NCBI GenBank assembly: GCA_030747675.1
Contig: JASLKH010000075.1
Span: forward strand, 1-23,533
Length of the DNA stretch: 23,533 nucleotides
Source of the DNA: Candidatus Thalassarchaeaceae archaeon
GTDB taxonomy: Archaea > Thermoplasmatota > Poseidoniia > Poseidoniales > Thalassarchaeaceae
Direction of reading: 5' to 3'
Shown here: positions 1 through 8,247 of the stretch, piece by piece
How positions within the stretch are numbered: the stretch's first letter is position 1
How the letters are laid out: every line of letters starts with the position of its first letter
Translations under genes and position numbers: made by a program
Notes under the pieces: model-generated
Seen by the model: only the letters and a program-made list of their open reading frames with translations
Told to the model about the DNA's origin: nothing
The model's database searches: none

Positions 1-2
1 AT

Positions 3-1697
3 GCTTTGCAGAATGCCCTCGAATACGAAGGAGTTGGGCAAGTTGGTTCCGTCATGGGTCGAGTCATGGCAGAAAATCCAGATTTGCGAGAGATTGCAAA
101 GACGCTTTCTGGACACATTGCTACGGCCGTAAATGAGGCTAATTCACTAGCCACCAATCAAGGATTAGAACACATTCGTAGCTTGCTAGAAAATGAATCA
201 CCCGATGCACTGGAAAAACGTACGAAAGAGCGGCGAGAGGGATTACCCCCACTACCGAATGCAGTAGATGGAGATGTTATACTGCGTTTTGCTCCCAATC
301 CAAATGGGCCACTATCATTTGGCCACGCAAGGGGTGTAGTCATCAATTCGGAATTGGCTAGAATGCATGATGGCATTGTGATTTTAAGATACGATGATAC
401 TGATGCCAAAGTTAAGCGTCCAGACCCTGCTGCATACGACTTGATTGAACAAGACTTCACTTGGTTAACCGGTAAAGAACCTGACCGAATTATTCGGGCT
501 TCTGATCGAATGGGAACTTATCTTGACTATGCAGTTAGGGCCATCTCAGAAGAATTTTCATACGTGTGCGAATGCAGTGCTGAATCATTCAAAGAGAATC
601 GTGTAACTAAAACAAATTGTCCTTGTCGCGATAGGAGTAAGGAAGACAATCTTGCATTGTGGGAAAAAATGAATGATGGGACATTGCACCCTGGTGATGC
701 AGTTGTTCGAATTAAAACAGGAATGGATTTGAAAAATCCAGCATTGCGTGACTGGCCTGCCTTACGAATTCAACATGAGGACCACCCAATGGTTGGGACA
801 CAATACAAAGTGTGGCCATTGCTTGATTTTCAAAGTGCAATCGAAGATTACGAACAAGGTGTCACACATATTGTCCGTGGGAAGGATTTGATGGATAGCA
901 CACGAAAACAACTGCTATTGTACAATCACTTTGGCTGGGATTACCCTGAAACACTGTATTGGGGCCGAGTGAAGATACATGAATTCGGAGGATTCAGTAC
1001 ATCACAAATGAAAGCAGATATTGCTGATGGGATTTTCACTGGTTGGGATGACCCGCGATTACCAACGTTACGCGCTTTCAGAAGACGCGGGTATAATGCC
1101 GGAGCAATGCGGAATTTCTGGATTGATCTAGGTTTGACACAGAAGGACATTTCAGTCCCCATGTCGACACTCAACAGCCTCAATTCCAAGGCCGTCGATG
1201 CAGATGCACCGCGTTTGTCGTTTGTGCGAGAACCATGTACTATCCATCTGAATCTCTCTGAAATCGAGATGGAAAAAGTCACTCTACCAATTCACCCTGA
1301 ACATCCCGACAAAGGAGTTCGTGAGTGGCCACTTGGATATGAAAGCATCAATGTGAACATTGCTAGGGATGATTTTAATCCACACGGAGCAAAGCGTTTG
1401 AAGGATTTTGCAGACATTCGAATCAATTCCGTAAAGACGGTCAAAGGATGGGAAGGGGAAATCATTCGAACCGAACGCGTTGGCAACACTCCGATTATTC
1501 ATTGGCTACCTAGTAATATGGCACAGCCTGCAGTATTACTGCTTGAAGAAGAAGGTGAATTGATTGTTGCTGAAGGTTTGTTGGAAGTCAACGATTACCC
1601 AGACGGGACCGTTATCCAGTTAGAAAGAATGGGATTCGCAATACTCGAAGGTGTCGAAGACAATGGTGCACGTCGATTAATCCATTTGCATGGATAG
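3..1697 (+). CDS. gltX: Glutamate--tRNA ligase, archaeal type (probably non-discriminating); 5' end truncated by the window
   Basis: Class I aaRS signatures: RFAPNPNGPLSFGH (HIGH-equivalent), ILRYDDTD, CxC...CxC Zn site (YVCEC...CPCR), THIVRGKDL, GWDDPRLPTLRAFRRRG, and a C-terminal QLERMGF anticodon-binding barrel. The frame is open to the left edge (x-A-L-Q-N-A, matching the archaeal GluRS N-terminal YALQNA), so TTG at 6 is probably not the true start. Confidence 0.96.
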   Translation, partial: ALQNALEYEGVGQVGSVMGRVMAENPDLREIAKTLSGHIATAVNEANSLATNQGLEHIRSLLENESPDALEKRTKERREGLPPLPNAVDGDVILRFAPNPNGPLSFGHARGVVINSELARMHDGIVILRYDDTDAKVKRPDPAAYDLIEQDFTWLTGKEPDRIIRASDRMGTYLDYAVRAISEEFSYVCECSAESFKENRVTKTNCPCRDRSKEDNLALWEKMNDGTLHPGDAVVRIKTGMDLKNPALRDWPALRIQHEDHPMVGTQYKVWPLLDFQSAIEDYEQGVTHIVRGKDLMDSTRKQLLLYNHFGWDYPETLYWGRVKIHEFGGFSTSQMKADIADGIFTGWDDPRLPTLRAFRRRGYNAGAMRNFWIDLGLTQKDISVPMSTLNSLNSKAVDADAPRLSFVREPCTIHLNLSEIEMEKVTLPIHPEHPDKGVREWPLGYESINVNIARDDFNPHGAKRLKDFADIRINSVKTVKGWEGEIIRTERVGNTPIIHWLPSNMAQPAVLLLEEEGELIVAEGLLEVNDYPDGTVIQLERMGFAILEGVEDNGARRLIHLHG

Positions 1698-1755
1698 GAA
1701 AACTCCTCAAGCGCTTATGTGCGAGGGTTTCAAAGCAATGCTAGAGTTCGCAGGC

Positions 1756-3804
1756 ATGGTGGAACGGATGGAATCTGGTCAAAATCGCTTCACTCTTGGC
1801 GTTTTACTAATTTTATTATTGTCTGCAATTCCACTAAATGCACCTTCCGCATCTGCAGAAATCGTCTGCTGTAATTCGTCGGAATTTGAACTCCACTTGG
1901 TTGGTAACAATGCTGATGCAACCATGACACCATTCCTTTCCGAACTTAATGGGATTAATGAAAAAACTGTTACACAATCTGTTCAAGGTGTGGAAGAAAT
2001 AGAAACATGGACTCTGAATTGGGAACATTCAGACACAATACCAGAATCCACATGGGATTTTTCGATTGATTATGAAGTGCAGGATGCAATTGGAGTTCAC
2101 GCTAATGCAACTGTCGAAGTGAAGATTGGAGATAAATCATACTCTGGCGAAAGTGGAAATCCAGGGACATACCTGAGTCAAGATGGAACAGTCAGTGTAT
2201 CCGTTGAAATACCTGAGCGATTTATTAGATCAGGAGATACAATTGCAATTACATTCGCAGTTCGAAGTTTGCTATTTACACAACCTGGTGATGACACTGC
2301 AATACGATTTGTATGGGGAGAAGATACAGATAGCGCCATTTCTGTAAACCTTCCACTCTTAGATATTGAAATGCCAAATGCTCTAATTGTTGGAGATGAA
2401 GTGTTCTTCCCCATCATTTTGAAGTCTGGATTTGGAGATCGTATGTGGACCTCTCTTGAAAAGGCAGAATTCAAAGTAAATGGTGCATTGATTGCAGATG
2501 TTCGTTCACCTAGTCTAGTATCGGGGGGTGTAGAAATACCATTTGTTTGGTCACCAAGTCCAGGTTCTCCTGATGGAGTGCGCACAGTGAATTTTTCAAT
2601 ATGGCTGAATGAGGGAGATATGCCAATTCAATCTGAAAGAAATCATGACATCAATTTCGCTGAAGGTGGAGGTGGTGACTCTTACGAATTCGGGGAGCCA
2701 TTACGAACCGCTGGTAGCACACTAGATGTCGACATTGATGTCGAATATGACTCTGATAAAGTAAGAAGGACCGTTGAATTTGGAATAGAAGGGGCTATGG
2801 CTCAGTGGCTTCGATGGGGCATGGACAACATTGGCAATACATCACTTCGGAGCGATCACTTCTTTGATGAAGGTAAAAATTGGCCAGACATTGACCCTTC
2901 TAAGCACCAAAATGGACGGGTTGATACTGAAGAAGTCGAAGCGTTGCAAGGTTGGATTGATTCAAGTACATGGAACCTCAAAGATTTCATAGACTCTGGT
3001 TTAGCTCTAGATCCTGAGTCACTTTTCGAAGGTAACCTCTTCGACATGAGTCCTGAAATTACTATCGATTTACACGATGTGGTTGGTATTAGCGACAAAC
3101 TACTCACTATTCGAATTGACATTTTGCTTGAACTTTCAGGGCAGGAAAGATTGCTACTAATCACCGATTTTGCCAGGCCACAATTGAATACTCCAATATG
3201 GAGTGGGATTGATTTGAGTGTGACTTTAACGACCAGTGCTTTTTCTGGGTTGTATGAAGTCGAATCAGATGGAATCGAAGTAACGCATTATCGAGTAGGC
3301 ATAATGGATGTCGTTACTATTGATGTTGAAGGATTAAACGACCAAGACAATTTCGATGTCAAGTACACTGTTGTAGGAAATGCACTATTTTCACCCTTCG
3401 TTACACTACTAGCGTCTGTTCTACTGTTATTGGCTGCTATTGTAGCCGGATGGCGGATGACACGTTATCGCTCTCGGATCTTTATTTTCGCATCTACTCC
3501 TGTGTTTATCGGCATTGTAGGTTATGCGTATATTCTGTCGGCATTACCGCCCACATTTGTCATGGGTATTGCGGGTGCATGTCTTGTCTTGATGGTTCCA
3601 ATAGCAATTGTATCGCCAAAAAGGTATGATGAACAATTCCTTTCAGATGGTTCACTTGACGATGACTTTGAATCTGCAATGGACCGCGAGATTCCAACTG
3701 TGAATTGTCCAGCCTGTGGCACTGGAAACCCTGTTGAAAGTCAAGAACGTCCATTACGACTTCCTTGTGGTGGGTGCGGCCGTACTCTACGAATTGAAGC
3801 CTAA
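1756..3804 (+). CDS. Secreted/membrane protein: signal peptide, large acidic extracellular region, about 3 C-terminal TM helices and a cytoplasmic double-CxxC Zn ribbon
   Basis: The ORF runs from 1690, but the hydrophobic signal (RFTLGVLLILLLSAIPLNAPSASA) follows ATG 1756/1768. Three hydrophobic segments lie near the C-terminus. Tail PTVNCPACGTGNPVESQERPLRLPCGGCGRTLRIEA (Cys codons from 3706 to 3777). An EF-like NGRVDTEEV segment lies in the extracellular part. Confidence 0.8.
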   Translation: MVERMESGQNRFTLGVLLILLLSAIPLNAPSASAEIVCCNSSEFELHLVGNNADATMTPFLSELNGINEKTVTQSVQGVEEIETWTLNWEHSDTIPESTWDFSIDYEVQDAIGVHANATVEVKIGDKSYSGESGNPGTYLSQDGTVSVSVEIPERFIRSGDTIAITFAVRSLLFTQPGDDTAIRFVWGEDTDSAISVNLPLLDIEMPNALIVGDEVFFPIILKSGFGDRMWTSLEKAEFKVNGALIADVRSPSLVSGGVEIPFVWSPSPGSPDGVRTVNFSIWLNEGDMPIQSERNHDINFAEGGGGDSYEFGEPLRTAGSTLDVDIDVEYDSDKVRRTVEFGIEGAMAQWLRWGMDNIGNTSLRSDHFFDEGKNWPDIDPSKHQNGRVDTEEVEALQGWIDSSTWNLKDFIDSGLALDPESLFEGNLFDMSPEITIDLHDVVGISDKLLTIRIDILLELSGQERLLLITDFARPQLNTPIWSGIDLSVTLTTSAFSGLYEVESDGIEVTHYRVGIMDVVTIDVEGLNDQDNFDVKYTVVGNALFSPFVTLLASVLLLLAAIVAGWRMTRYRSRIFIFASTPVFIGIVGYAYILSALPPTFVMGIAGACLVLMVPIAIVSPKRYDEQFLSDGSLDDDFESAMDREIPTVNCPACGTGNPVESQERPLRLPCGGCGRTLRIEA

Positions 3805-4664
3805 TTCAAATGCCCCGATTTTAGCAACTGGTCAATGGCTTTGTTCGCTTGACTCCTTTTCGAAGAGGAGTTTCGCCATTCATCTTGGAAAATGGATATC
3901 TGCGAGGCTAAATCACGTTCCCATCCAGTATACATTATTCGATGCCATCCCAATTCTTCCAATCGCGCAGTTGAGGGAGTTTCTGAACTCAATTGAGGCT
4001 TCAATAAATGGCTAATTGCTTGTGCACGACCTTCGAGGTCTAATTGACCCCATCTGTCACGTACTGCTTGGGCAGCCACTGCATCAACAAGAGGTAAGCT
4101 TTGATAGTCCACATCTGGAACTTCAGGTAAAGTTACCACATTGATTAGGCCTTCACCAGAAAGGTAATCTCTCAATACAGTGTAAACAGGATCGTAAGTA
4201 TGTTCCATCGCATCGGATATCCAATTTCCTGCTAATGCCCATGGGCGTAAAAGACGGGTTAAGGCACCCTTCGGAGATATTAATTCAGCTAGAGCACCGG
4301 CTAATGCTACAGCAGAAATTACCCCTCTACGGGTATCACCACCTGATGCAATTAGAGCATCTACCTCTACCGGGGAGTGCTCAATTCGTAGAGGGGCATT
4401 GGTAATATCTGCCAACTTGGATACAACGCTTTCTGAAATAAGAACACTCGGTCCAGTTGGTAAAACTAATTCGTCTCGAAGTCGGCGTTGGTAGGGGATA
4501 CCTGCATCGAGTAAAGCCGCTTCCAAAATTGCAGAAGCAAAAACACCTGATTCTGAAATCGGAGCCTGAATGGTCACAGAAGAGGAATTAGTCCGCAGTT
4601 TCAATGCAGCCTCACGTAGATTTGAAGCTGATGATGAAAAGGCTGGCAAGTCGACTAACGGCAT
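3801..4664 (-). CDS. Degenerate DHH/RecJ-like protein (GAN/Cdc45-related), catalytic motifs not recognisable
   Basis: Directly downstream of rps15, where many euryarchaea carry the DHH-family GAN gene. TIQAPISESGVFASAILEAALLDAGIPYQRR resembles DHH motif I (consensus V-x-x-H-x-D-A-D-G-x-x-A-x-x-I-x-x-x-A-L), and AMEHTYDP resembles the GAN LxYSxDP segment. No DHH triad. ATG at 4664 preferred; the ORF extends to TTG 4697. Confidence 0.55.
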   Translation of the reverse strand: MPLVDLPAFSSSASNLREAALKLRTNSSSVTIQAPISESGVFASAILEAALLDAGIPYQRRLRDELVLPTGPSVLISESVVSKLADITNAPLRIEHSPVEVDALIASGGDTRRGVISAVALAGALAELISPKGALTRLLRPWALAGNWISDAMEHTYDPVYTVLRDYLSGEGLINVVTLPEVPDVDYQSLPLVDAVAAQAVRDRWGQLDLEGRAQAISHLLKPQLSSETPSTARLEELGWHRIMYTGWERDLASQISIFQDEWRNSSSKRSQANKAIDQLLKSGHLN

Positions 4665-4722
4665 TGGAACGAAGGGTAGACCTAGCCCGCGGTTCAAAGA
4701 CCTGTTTGAAGAACAAACCGGA

Positions 4723-5178
4723 TTACTCGACCATCAATCTGAGTTGGTCACGCTTGTAAACCCAATTACTATCTAAGCGGTTTTCACCGATGTAATATCG
4801 TGCTAGACGTCGGATCTTACTTTCAGTCAAACTGAGTTGACGATTGTTGTGAAGGTCCTTGTGATTGTTTTCGAGGTGGTCAATCAATCGGAGAGCTCGG
4901 CGCATGAGACTCATAAGGTCCTCTGGGAGTGCTGGTTTGACACCATTTTCTGCTAAGACTTGTGCGATGCGCATTCCAAGGACCAATCGTACATCAGGTA
5001 CTGCGTGCTTGTCACGAAGAATTGTTCCAATTTGAGTTGGAGTGTGGTTATCTTCCGCCAACGAAAGAATTAGTGCAGTTACTTCCTTTTTATCTGTATT
5101 TGACCACTCTGGAGGCGAGGAAACATTGGGTTTAGTGGAACCGCTTTGACCGCGACCTGGGCTATGCATACGTGACAT
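4723..5178 (-). CDS. rps15: 30S ribosomal protein S15 (uS15, archaeal/eukaryotic S13 type)
   Basis: MSRMHSPGRGQSGSTKP...PEW, IGTILRDKHAVPDV, PEDLMSLMRRA, HNNRQLSLTESKIRRLARYY and W-x-Y all match archaeal uS15; 151 aa. Confidence 0.98.
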   Translation of the reverse strand: MSRMHSPGRGQSGSTKPNVSSPPEWSNTDKKEVTALILSLAEDNHTPTQIGTILRDKHAVPDVRLVLGMRIAQVLAENGVKPALPEDLMSLMRRALRLIDHLENNHKDLHNNRQLSLTESKIRRLARYYIGENRLDSNWVYKRDQLRLMVE

Positions 5179-5185
5179 GGTACTA

Positions 5186-5222
5186 CACCTTAGCGTCCCG
5201 CCGACCTACTCCCCCTTCATAA
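5186..5222 (-). promoter_or_regulatory. Putative rps15 promoter/RBS: TATA-like TTATGAA (5222-5216) and SD-like AAGGTG (5191-5186)
   Basis: Motifs read directly from the minus strand. The SD lies 7 nt upstream of the ATG and the TATA-like box about 37 nt upstream. Confidence 0.4.
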
Positions 5223-5237
5223 CCGCTCCGCTAGCGG

Positions 5238-5266
5238 TAAACAATGAAAGCCCCCCAAAGGGGGGC
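5238..5266 (-). terminator. Hairpin followed by a U-rich tract downstream of the 969-aa surface protein gene
   Basis: Perfect 7-bp stem GCCCCCC-TTT-GGGGGGC (5250-5266) followed by TTTCATTGTTT on the minus strand, 16 nt after the stop at 5283. Confidence 0.6.
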
Positions 5267-5282
5267 ATTCAAATGTTCAACA

Positions 5283-8192
5283 TTACTTGAAATACTGACT
5301 GGCGTAGGCTCGTGCTTGATCTGCAGTGTATCCCATTTCAATGAGTTGATTCTCGTACTGTTGTTGTTCGGGGCTGATGGCTGCTGCCCAAGCTTGCTCT
5401 GTAGGATCTGAACCACCAGAACGGCCTCTCAAAACCAAAGTTATTGCCAAGACTAGAACTAATAATCCAACCACTGCTGCTGCAACTCCAATCCAGACCA
5501 GCATGTTGTCGTCACTATCCGATTCGGAAGATGTATCGGATGTACTATCTGCACCATCGTCATCAGTTCCATCAGTTCCATCAGTTCCATCAGTTCCATC
5601 AGTTCCATCAGTTCCATCAGTTCCATCAGTTCCATCAGTCCCATCAGTTCCATCGGTACTACCAATTGGGCAACCAAATACATCTAGGCCACCAGAACCT
5701 GCACCTTGGGATGGGCAAACATCATCTTGATCTGGAACACCGTCACCATCGGAATCAGGAAGATATATCGGGCATCCAGTACCATTGGTACCTTCCATCA
5801 CACCTGCTTCGTTTGGACACATGTCAGGATTCCAACCATTCGCATTATCTCCAAATGAATCTCCATCTGTATCATCCCATTGTGTTGCACACTCTCCAGC
5901 AATCTGACAAGCACTTCCAGGGAACCCTGGGAATGAATCATTTGCATTGCTCCAACCATCTCCATCTGCATCTTGGCAACCTAGGCGATCTAACGTAGAA
6001 TTGCCAGGTGTGTTAACACAAGCATCATCTACATCTAATACTCCATCACGGTCTGTATCGCCCGCCCATAATTCATCATAATTTGTGATGTATATTGGCT
6101 CTGAAATTAATACATTATCCAATTCATCAGATTCTGCAACCAAATCACCACCGTCAACTGTCAACACACACCGGTAGGTGTCTGATGTCAATATTGAACT
6201 GGGTAGTTCAAACCAGCCGCCACGACTGTCGATTTTCCCGTCATATCCGTCTAGATCATCAGTGTAATCATATACCAACAATGGAAGTGAAATAGTACCA
6301 TTCAAGTCTTCCAAAACTAGTGACCAACTGAAATCGGTACTTGATGGACCTGCAACGCTGGAAATATTTGCTTGGAAAAATGCGTCGCCACCAGTCATTT
6401 GATCAGCCCCATTTGCACAGTTCACCATTGTTGCAACCAAATTAGGCGAAGGAGCTTCAATTGGTTCAAAATTCATATTGTACCAACCGCCACTCGCACC
6501 GTTAAGACTGACGACAACGTAGTATCCACCATTCAAATCAGCAGATGCTATGCTGCTTGTATTTACATTCGCGGAACCATTTTCTGGAGACGTGCTCATC
6601 ATAACCAATGAATTATCACTGCTGTCGTAAAGTGAAATCGAATATTCATATCCGTCTTGTGATTCCATTGTAATGTTCATTCCAGTCATACCTTCAAGGT
6701 TGAATCCATAAGCGTCTTCTGTATCCTCAGGATCTACACAACCCATCCCATACTCTTCAGGATTATCTCCCAAACCAATCGAAGTGACTAACTGGTTACC
6801 CGCATCTTGTCCATTGTAACCCCAATCAGACGGGTTTCCACAATCATAAGGTGGGACATATATGGTCCCATTTGTCCAAATTTCTAATGTGTAATTTGCA
6901 AGACCAGAATATTGTGAGACATTGATGTAATATGTGTCTGCAGCTCCATCTGCATCAGTTCCAGATGTTGACACTGACTCGTTACTGGTGAAGCTTGTAC
7001 TAGAGTCTACATCGGGTGAACTAGAATTCCAAAGTTCGAGATCTAAATCTGCATCCCAATTATCTGCAGTCATCACTACATCGATATTTTGTGCACGACC
7101 CATTGATAATTTGTACATATCCGCTTTATCTCCACCTGACACACAGCCAGTGACTGTTCCCGAAAACCCTACTCCTAAATCATAGGCATTCACTTCGATA
7201 TCACCGACATCGCCACCTGTAGATGCGTCATCCAAGTTCGGACAAGGCATCCCTGAAATTGTGGTTTTTGAAGCACTGGCATTGTTATTATTACCATCAT
7301 CACCTTCGGTCACATTGTTGTAACCGTCCGGCCACACAATCCAGTGATAATCATCAGTTTCAACATCTTCAGGAATTTTTACTTGGCTGGTTACCAATTG
7401 GCTATTTCCTGCAGTAATATATGGTCCAACAATGTAAGTGTCCAAGACAATATCACCGTCAAACATACTATACGAATCATCCAAAGAAAGAATAAATACG
7501 ATATCATAAGGATTAGTTGAATTCAAATCACCAGGCCCTGCATTGTCAAGTGTGTATGTGACATCAACAATATCGCCAGCAGTCGCATTAGTTGGTCCAC
7601 TGATTGTATTCACTGTAAGGTCTGGTTTTGGAACGGATACATTTGTCCAATAATCTAGGGTATAACCACCATCTCCAGTCCATGCTTGGGCTTCAATGTA
7701 ATATGTTCCAGCAGTTGTGCTATTTGTCGAAAATTCAATTCGTTCTAGTGGGTCAGAATAGAACGACGCATCAATAGCTGTTCCTGTGCTATCCCTCAAC
7801 CACAAATCGAAATCTGCACCTGTCGGAACGTGCAACTGAACGACGACATCCTTATTCGAAGAAACCGTGATTGAATACCAATCACTCTCATCGGCGGTGT
7901 CTACACATCCTGCAACATTCTGTACATTGGGATCATTTCCCTGAGTCTTTGCTGTTGCTGTAGTATTACCTGCATCTCCAGCTGTTCCACCATCGGTTTG
8001 TACTGTAGGGCAAGGTGCTCTCCCACCAGTTTGCATTTTCCGATCATCGTCACGAAGCAGTGTATCTTCGCCAATCATGACTGATTCGGAATCCGTTTCA
8101 GTATAGTGTGCGAGCATTGGTGCAAGTGATGATAAAATCATCAACAACACAAAAGTCACGCTAAGGTAATTCATTCTAGGGGCTGGGGCCAT
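5283..8192 (-). CDS. Single-pass cell-surface protein: signal peptide, 3 PPC-like modules, 2 CARDB-like domains, TSP type-3 Ca-binding repeats, (DGT)10 stalk, TM helix and short cytoplasmic tail
   Basis: Signal MNYLSVTFVLLMILSSLAPMLA. PPC-like motifs: DESDWYSIT...DFDLWLRD...GTYYI...GGYTL; DKADMYKL...DLDLELWN...DTYYI...NYTL; DTEDAYGF...GGYYV. CARDB-like motifs: KPDLTV...NNVTEGDDGNN and PNLVA...VAESDELDN. TSP3-like: DTDRDGVLDVDDAC, DADGDGWSNANDSFP, DTDGDSFGDN, DSDGDGVPDQDDVCP. TM at about 5430-5504. Alternative ATG at 8174. Confidence 0.88.
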   Translation of the reverse strand: MAPAPRMNYLSVTFVLLMILSSLAPMLAHYTETDSESVMIGEDTLLRDDDRKMQTGGRAPCPTVQTDGGTAGDAGNTTATAKTQGNDPNVQNVAGCVDTADESDWYSITVSSNKDVVVQLHVPTGADFDLWLRDSTGTAIDASFYSDPLERIEFSTNSTTAGTYYIEAQAWTGDGGYTLDYWTNVSVPKPDLTVNTISGPTNATAGDIVDVTYTLDNAGPGDLNSTNPYDIVFILSLDDSYSMFDGDIVLDTYIVGPYITAGNSQLVTSQVKIPEDVETDDYHWIVWPDGYNNVTEGDDGNNNNASASKTTISGMPCPNLDDASTGGDVGDIEVNAYDLGVGFSGTVTGCVSGGDKADMYKLSMGRAQNIDVVMTADNWDADLDLELWNSSSPDVDSSTSFTSNESVSTSGTDADGAADTYYINVSQYSGLANYTLEIWTNGTIYVPPYDCGNPSDWGYNGQDAGNQLVTSIGLGDNPEEYGMGCVDPEDTEDAYGFNLEGMTGMNITMESQDGYEYSISLYDSSDNSLVMMSTSPENGSANVNTSSIASADLNGGYYVVVSLNGASGGWYNMNFEPIEAPSPNLVATMVNCANGADQMTGGDAFFQANISSVAGPSSTDFSWSLVLEDLNGTISLPLLVYDYTDDLDGYDGKIDSRGGWFELPSSILTSDTYRCVLTVDGGDLVAESDELDNVLISEPIYITNYDELWAGDTDRDGVLDVDDACVNTPGNSTLDRLGCQDADGDGWSNANDSFPGFPGSACQIAGECATQWDDTDGDSFGDNANGWNPDMCPNEAGVMEGTNGTGCPIYLPDSDGDGVPDQDDVCPSQGAGSGGLDVFGCPIGSTDGTDGTDGTDGTDGTDGTDGTDGTDGTDGTDDDGADSTSDTSSESDSDDNMLVWIGVAAAVVGLLVLVLAITLVLRGRSGGSDPTEQAWAAAISPEQQQYENQLIEMGYTADQARAYASQYFK
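5561..5659. repeat. 9-bp tandem repeat (CATCAGTTC)n, in frame within the surface protein, encoding Asp-Gly-Thr repeats
   Basis: Units start at 5561, 5570, 5579, 5588, 5597, 5606, 5615 and 5624 (perfect), 5633 (one mismatch), 5642 (perfect) and 5651 (degenerate). Confidence 0.97.
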
Positions 8193-8214
8193 GTTCCTAC
8201 CGTCGTCAGGGCGG

Positions 8215-8222
8215 TATTTAAG
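8215..8222 (-). promoter_or_regulatory. Archaeal TATA box (CTTAAATA) for the 969-aa surface protein gene; probably a leaderless transcript
   Basis: TTAAATA on the minus strand ends 22 nt upstream of ATG 8192, which is the spacing expected for leaderless archaeal transcripts. No SD in between. Confidence 0.6.
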
Positions 8223-8247
8223 ACTCTATGAATTTGCATCATCGAAA

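Noticed and set aside
1690-1755. Longest-ORF starts for several genes (1690, 4697, 10041, 13977, 15097, 16682, 16691)
   Set aside because: They overlap neighbouring genes or promoter regions, or use TTG. Downstream ATGs fit signal peptides, family N-termini and promoter spacing better.
3716-4015. 99-aa plus-strand ORF spanning the convergent junction, and the many other 60-135 aa ORFs antisense or off-frame to the long genes
   Set aside because: They are fully overlapped by well-supported genes, with no recognisable motifs and no RBS or promoter support.
4693-4710. TTCAAA/TTTGAA inverted repeat after rps15 as a terminator
   Set aside because: Only a 6-bp AT-rich stem. It is equally explicable as a TATA-like element for the downstream gene.
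5222-5238. Palindrome CCGCTAGCGG (5228-5237) and the overlapping ACCGCT/AGCGGT inverted repeat beside the rps15 TATA-like box
   Set aside because: It could be an operator, but it is a single short GC-rich instance with no clear second intergenic copy in the window.
5561-5659. Possible CRISPR array or true collagen domain
   Set aside because: The units are 9 bp with no spacers and no cas genes are present. The Gly-X-Y run is short and lacks stabilising Pro/Lys residues.
5377-5998. ORFs with SVP-, HQF- and MEL-repeat translations (5377-5730 +, 5444-5998 +, 5459-5683 -)
   Set aside because: These are alternative-frame readings of the 9-bp repeat inside the 969-aa gene. Only the DGT frame has a coherent domain context.
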